Below are positions 58,415-64,000 of a DNA stretch of 64,000 nucleotides, one piece after another. The DNA comes from an uncultured Gemmatimonadaceae bacterium. GTDB taxonomy: Bacteria; Gemmatimonadota; Gemmatimonadetes; Gemmatimonadales; Gemmatimonadaceae. The stretch spans positions 352,001 to 416,000 of the forward strand of contig CAWHHI010000011.1 in NCBI GenBank assembly GCA_963829055.1, in the 5' to 3' direction. Both the position numbers and the translations under genes were made by a program. How positions within the stretch are numbered: the stretch's first letter is position 1; each line of letters begins with the position of its first letter. The notes under the pieces are model-generated. The model saw only the letters and a program-made list of their open reading frames with translations. It did not search any database and was not told where the DNA came from.

Positions 58415-61400
58415 CTACTTGTCGTGGATCTCGATGCTGCCGCCGCCGAGCGTGGTGGTCGGGTGCAGTCGATCGGGCGCGCCGATCTGGTTGTCGTAGA
58501 CGACCGCGTCGCCGTTGTTCTTGTTCCAGATCTTCATGCGGAACGTGTCCGCGCCGCTTCCCTTCGACGTCGCCGTCGATCGCGGTGAGCATGAAGCCGT
58601 AGTCGCCGCCGCCGTTGATCGTGCCGATGCCCTTGAACTGCGCCTTCGTGCCGGCGACCACGAGCCATTCGTAGTGCCGTCGCTCTTGAAGTTCATGTTG
58701 CCAGCCTGGAACTGGAACTCGGTGTTCCCGTCCGGCGTGCTCTGGCCCTTCTTGTACTTCGAGACGAAGCCGAAGTTGGCCTTGCCGGTCGAGCGACGGG
58801 TTCGGCGCACGTACGCGCCGGCCGGTGAGTTGATCCAGCCGCCGCCGGTCACGAAGCCGCCGTTCGGGTCGTAGACGACGACGTAGTACTCGAACGTCTT
58901 CGTATCGACGTGCGTGATCGGGAAGTTGTCCTGCTTCACGGTCACCGTGACGATGTACACGCCGGCGCCGGAGTAGGTCTTCGTGCCTGAGATCGTGCCC
59001 GGTGTAGTGAACGTGCTCATCGCTGTTCGAGCCGTTGCCCCAATCGATCGTCGCCGTGTACGGCTGGCTTGCTGCGACGTCGAGCGTCAGTGAACGGCGC
59101 GCTGACGATGACTGGCGTCGCCGACCGCCGTCGGAAGCTAGCGGGCGCGGTGAATCAGCACCGAGCACCGGCTTCGCGTTCGCTGTGACGGTCAGCGTGC
59201 CGTTGGTCAGCGTCGGCGTGTAGTTCGCCGAGTCTTGTTCGTCGGGATCAAGGAGCGCTGGGACGATCGGATACGTACCCGGCGGCGACAGCGTGACCGC
59301 GGTGGTGCTGTACGTCGCGGTAATGTTGTCGGCAGAACTGCACACCGACCATGGTACCAGCTGAACGCCGGATTCACGGCGCCCGCGATCTTCGACTTGT
59401 TCGCGGCCGTGACGGTCAGCGCGCGCTGGCGTGATCGTCAGGTTCGCGCCGACGTAGCGTGAGCGCGTAGTTCGGCGTCGAGCGCGACGCGTGCCCTGGT
59501 TGATCGCGTAGCATCCCGACGTTCTCGCCGGCGACGCGTGTCAGCGTACCGCGAGAACGCATCGCTGAAGGCGAGCGAGCCCGCTCGTGATCTGGTACGT
59601 GAGCGCGGGATCGCGCATTGCCGTACGTCTTCGTCTTCGCGTCGGCGGTGATCGTGACGGCGCGCTGGCGTGATCGTGAGGTTGGCGCCGACGAACGTCA
59701 GCGCGTAGTTCGAGCCAGCGCCAGCGTTCCCTGCTTGATCGCGTACGTGCCGACGTTCTCGCCGGCTACGCGCGTCAGCGCGCCGCTGAAGGCGTCGCTG
59801 AAGGCGAGACTAGCCGGTGGTGATCTGGTACGTGAGCGCCGGATCGGCATCGCCGTAGACCTTCGTCTTCGGCATCGGCGGTGACGGTGATCGGGCGCTG
59901 CGTGATCGTGAGATCGGCGCCCGCGTACGTGAGGTCGTAGTTCGCCGCCGGCGGTAACGCGTACCCTGCGTGAATCGCGTACGTGCCGACGTTCTCGCCG
60001 GCGACACGCGTCAGCGCTACCGCGTGAACGCGTCGCCGATGACGAGCGATTGCCGGTCGTGACCTGGTAGGTGAGGCGCAGGGTCGGCGTTGCCATACAC
60101 CTTGGTCTTCGGATCGGCGGTGATCGCGATCGGCCGCTTCGTGATCGTCAGGTTCGCGCCGACATACGTGAGCGTGTAGTTCGTGCGTCACCGCGAGCGT
60201 ACCCTGCTTGATCGCGTAGCTGCCGACGTTCTCGCCCGGCGACGCGCGTCAGCGTACCGGTGAGCGTCGGTCTGTCGAACGCGAGCGAGCCGACTGTGAT
60301 CTGGTACGTCAGCGCCGGGTCCGCGTTGCCGTACACCTTCGTCTTCGTGTTCGCCGTGACCGTGATCGGCCGCGGCGTGATCGTGAGGTTTGCTCCGACG
60401 AACGTGAGGTCGTAGTTCGCGCTCAGCGCGAGCGATGCCCTGTGTGAATCGCGTACGTACCGACGTTCTCGCCGGCAGCACGCGCCAGCGCTACCAGTGA
60501 ACGCGTCGCCGAATGCGAGACTACCACTCGTGACCTGGTAGGTGAGCGCCGGATCGGCGTCGCCGTAGACCTTCGACTTCGCGTCGGCGGTGACGGTGAT
60601 CGCACGCGTCGGTGATCGTGAGGTTCGCGCCGACGTAACGTGAGCGTGTAGTTCGGGCCGGCGGTCAGCGTGCCTTGTGTGATCGCGTACGTACCGACGG
60701 ACTCGCCCGCGAGTGCGCGACAGGCTCCCGTGAAGGCATCGCCGCCGACCAGCGCTCCGGTTGTCACCTGATAGGTGAAGGTGGGATCGGCGTCGCCGTA
60801 GACCTTCGTCTTCGGGTCGGCAGTGACGGTGATCGCGCGCGTGTGATCGACAGGTTCGGCGGAACGAACGTGAGGTCGTAGTTGGTGCCAGCGCCAGCGT
60901 GCCCTGCAGATCGCGTACGTGCCGACGTTTTCGCCCGCGACTCGCGTGAGCGCGCCGTGAGATCGCGTCGCTCCCGACGCAAGTGACCCGATCGTGATCT
61001 GATAGGTGAGCGCAGGATCCGCGTCGCCGTAGACCTTCGACTTCGCGTCGGCGGTGACGGTGATCGGGCGCCTGGTGATCGTGAGGTCTCGCTCCGACGA
61101 ACGTGAGGAGTAGTTGGCGTTGAGCGCGAGCGTTCCCTGATTGATCGCGTACGTGCCCACATTCTCACCGGCGACACGAGCGAGCGCCCCGCTGAAGGCG
61201 TCACCTGACGCGAGGGAGCCGGCGGTGATCTGGTAGGTGAGTACCGGGTCCGCGTCGCCGTACGTCTTCGACTTCGCGTCGGCGGTGACGGCAATGGCCC
61301 GTGTGGTGATCGTCAGGTTCGCACCGGTAAATGCGAGCGCGTAGTTGGCGCCGGCGCTGAGTGTCCCCTGCGTGATCGCGTAGGCGCCAATGGCCTCTCC

Positions 61401-63993
61401 CGGCTGCTCGAGCGAGCGCGCCGGTGAACGCGTCAGTGGATGCGAGTGATCCAGCCGTCACCTGATAGGTGAGCGTCGGGTCGGCGTTGCCGTAGACTTT
61501 CGTCTGCGGGTCGGCGGTAACCGTGATCGGGCGAGTGGTGATCGTCAGGTTCGCCGATACGAATGCGAGGGTGTAGTTGGAACCTGCAGAGAGGGTTCCG
61601 ATCTGTGATCGCGTAGGTGCCGACGTTCTCACCTGCGACGCGGGTGAGCGCGCCAGTGAACGCGTCACCAGTCGGCGAGCGTCCCGGTCGTCAGCGTGTA
61701 GGTGAACGCCGGATCGGCGTCGCCGTACACCTTCGTGGCGGCGTCTGGCGGTGACAGTCAGCGGGCGAGCGGTGATCGTCAGGTTCGCGCCGACGTAGTT
61801 GAGCAGGTAGTTGGCACTCGGCGTGACGGTGCCCTGCAGAATCGCGTAGGTGCCGACGGGTTCGCCGGCCACACGCGTGAGCGCGCCAGTGACGGCGTCG
61901 CTGCCGACGAGTGGTCCGCCGCTCACGACGTAGGTCAGCGCCGGGATCGGCGTCCCCGTAGACCTTCGTCGGCGGCGTTGGCCGTGATCGTCAGCGGCCG
62001 CTGTGTGATCGTGAGGTTTGCGCCGACGTACGTGAGCGTGTAGTTGCGTTCACGCGCCAGCGTGCCCTGGTGGATCGCGAAGGTGCCGACGTTCTCACCG
62101 GCAGCTCGGGTGAGTGAACCGCTGAACGCATCGCCGCGGACGAGCGGACCGCCGCTCGTGATCTGATACGTCAGCGCCGGGTCGGCGTTGCCGTAGACCT
62201 TGGTCTGTGCGTCAGCGGTGACGGTGATTGCGCGCGTGTTGACCGTGCAGCGACTGCGCGCTGCTCGTTGCTGCCGAGGACTGCGCGCCCGCGATCGTCA
62301 CGGCGGCGATAGTCTCGTGCCGGCGGCTGGCTGTCGCCGGGCAGCGACGACGTTGACGATAGCGTTGCGACACTGATCGGCGTTCACTGGTCGTGCGGAG
62401 CCGATGGTCGGGCCCGCGTCGACCGTGAAGGTCACGGTCGCCGTGCCGACCGTGCGCCGACTCAGCTGTGCGCGTCAGGTCGAGACTGAGCGTTGCTGAC
62501 CTGCGCGTGAGCTCGTAAGGTCACCGACGTGGGCTCGACGCTGACAGCGGTTAGCGTAGTCGCTACGATCGCTGGAGCGCGGTGGTCTCGTTGCGGCCGC
62601 ACCGCTGCTGCTGCCGGTGAACCCAGCGTTGCCCGTGGGCGTCTGGCCAGACCGAGCGTCGAGTGCGTGAACGAGAACGCTGTTGAGCGCTGCCGGCGGG
62701 ATCGTCACGCTCGTCACGGCGATTCCGGCGCATCCGTTCCGGTAAACGTCGCCGGCGCACGTTGCGCTGAACGCGCCGGAAGCCCGCTGGCTGTGACAGT
62801 GGCGGTCACGAGCCATTTCCGTTGGCAGTTTCCCGAGTTGGTGACGCGTTGAAGCACCGTACGTCACGGAGTTGCCAGGCACGACGCGGCATTCGGCTGC
62901 CACGCAGCCGAGGACGCTGACACGTCTGGGTTGGCCGTCGGTGAACGTCGCTTGCGCACGCTGCCCACTGCTCTGTCCGACGGCCGTCAGGACGAAGCGG
63001 ACATCCAACGTCGTATTCCGCCGGGCGCGAAGTCCGTAGTTCGTGATGTTACCGCTCCCGTCAGCGGTGGCCGTCAGCTCCGTGTCCGCTTCGCGGAGCG
63101 GATCCATGTGCAGCGTCAGCCTCACCGTTTCGCCCGGCTGCCAACCAGTCCCGGTGATCATCACCGTCGTCGCCCGGCGCGTAGTCGTCCTTGTCGGTCC
63201 GGACCGTCGCGCCACTCGCGTTCCCGGCCTCCATCGTCACCAGCACGACCTGGCCACCCTGCGCCGTTCCCGTCTGACCAACGGCGTCCAGGCTCACTCC
63301 GGCGGCGCCGTTAGGCACCTGGAATCCGAACGTCGCCATGTTGTCGTACACGATCGGCCCAGCGCCCGACGTCAGAATCGTCGTCGCGCGCGGGTTCAGC
63401 GCGCGCACGCTGTTGTAGATCAGCAGCGCCGGATCCGACGTCACCGGCAGCGGCGTGATCGCCCGCACCCAGTCATAACGCGATCCTGACGTTCGCCGAC
63501 GCATCCAGCAGCGCCACGAGGCCCGGCCCCTTCGCCGCACCGAACGCGCCACCGGCCCAGCCGACCAGGTTCTGGATCAGCGCGTCCTTCATCGCCGCGA
63601 TTCGTCGCGCCCTGATCAGGACTCCCCGACCACATCGCGATCCGCCCGATCAGCGCCGCCTTGAGGTGCTCCACCACCTCCGGGTCGCGCAGCTTCGCGT
63701 ACGGCTGCGACGTCGCGCCATCGGCGAGCGACGGCACGACGAACACCGAATACGTGAACAGGTCGACCGTCTTGAGGTCGACCGTCCCGCCGGTGCCGTC
63801 GTAGCCGCGGTCCACGCCTAACGGGTAGGCCGGACCGGTCAAGGCATTGACGATGTTCGTTGCATCCGGTCGCGTCGACGGTCACCGGGCAGTACACGAG
63901 GGCTTTCTGGGCTCGTACGGCCGCTGGCATGGTGACCATGCCTAACGTGACGCCGACGAGCAGCGCGAGGCGCCGGGGGAGGAGTCGCATCAT
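58415..63993 (-). CDS. Large secreted surface protein with 12 MBG-2-type repeats and a PKD-like C-terminal region, many frameshifts
   Basis: Signal peptide; repeats KVYG(D/N)ADPALTY...AGENVGTYAI at about 234-bp period, 59620-62190; C-terminal VYDPNGGFVTGGGWI. Confidence 0.85.
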
Positions 63994-64000
63994 TGGGGAG

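Noticed and set aside
59400..62240. Regularly spaced repeats as a CRISPR array
   Set aside because: The period is ~234 bp, the whole unit is a diverged protein-coding repeat, and there are no unique spacers or cas genes.

Overview
GC-rich bacterial chromosome segment. Gene content suggests Gemmatimonadota or an Acidobacteria-like lineage (inference from PadR+ADOP permeases, eukaryotic-like kinases and the MBG-repeat surface protein). It holds about 50 mostly housekeeping or accessory genes. I recognised no rRNA, tRNA, CRISPR array, integrase or transposase. Many genes, including ettA and fabI, are broken by 1-bp indels that look like long-read consensus errors, so coordinates of those genes are approximate. 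Highlights: (1) a non-palindromic heptamer CCTAACG/CGTTAGG found at least 53 times, on both strands, inside genes and as stop codons; (2) a GntR-linked GNAT + N-succinylamino-acid racemase/OSBS + M20 operon with a perfect 16-bp operator, near other D-amino-acid enzymes; (3) a guanidine-II riboswitch upstream of sugE/gdx; (4) several 110-300 nt nested hairpins, REP-like elements and heptamer repeats, one inserted into lhr; (5) two apparent chimeric junctions (DUF4440::PncB C-terminus, and a truncated PgsA-like start); (6) a plant/chlamydial-type FabI; (7) a 5.6-kb surface protein gene with 12 MBG-type repeats.
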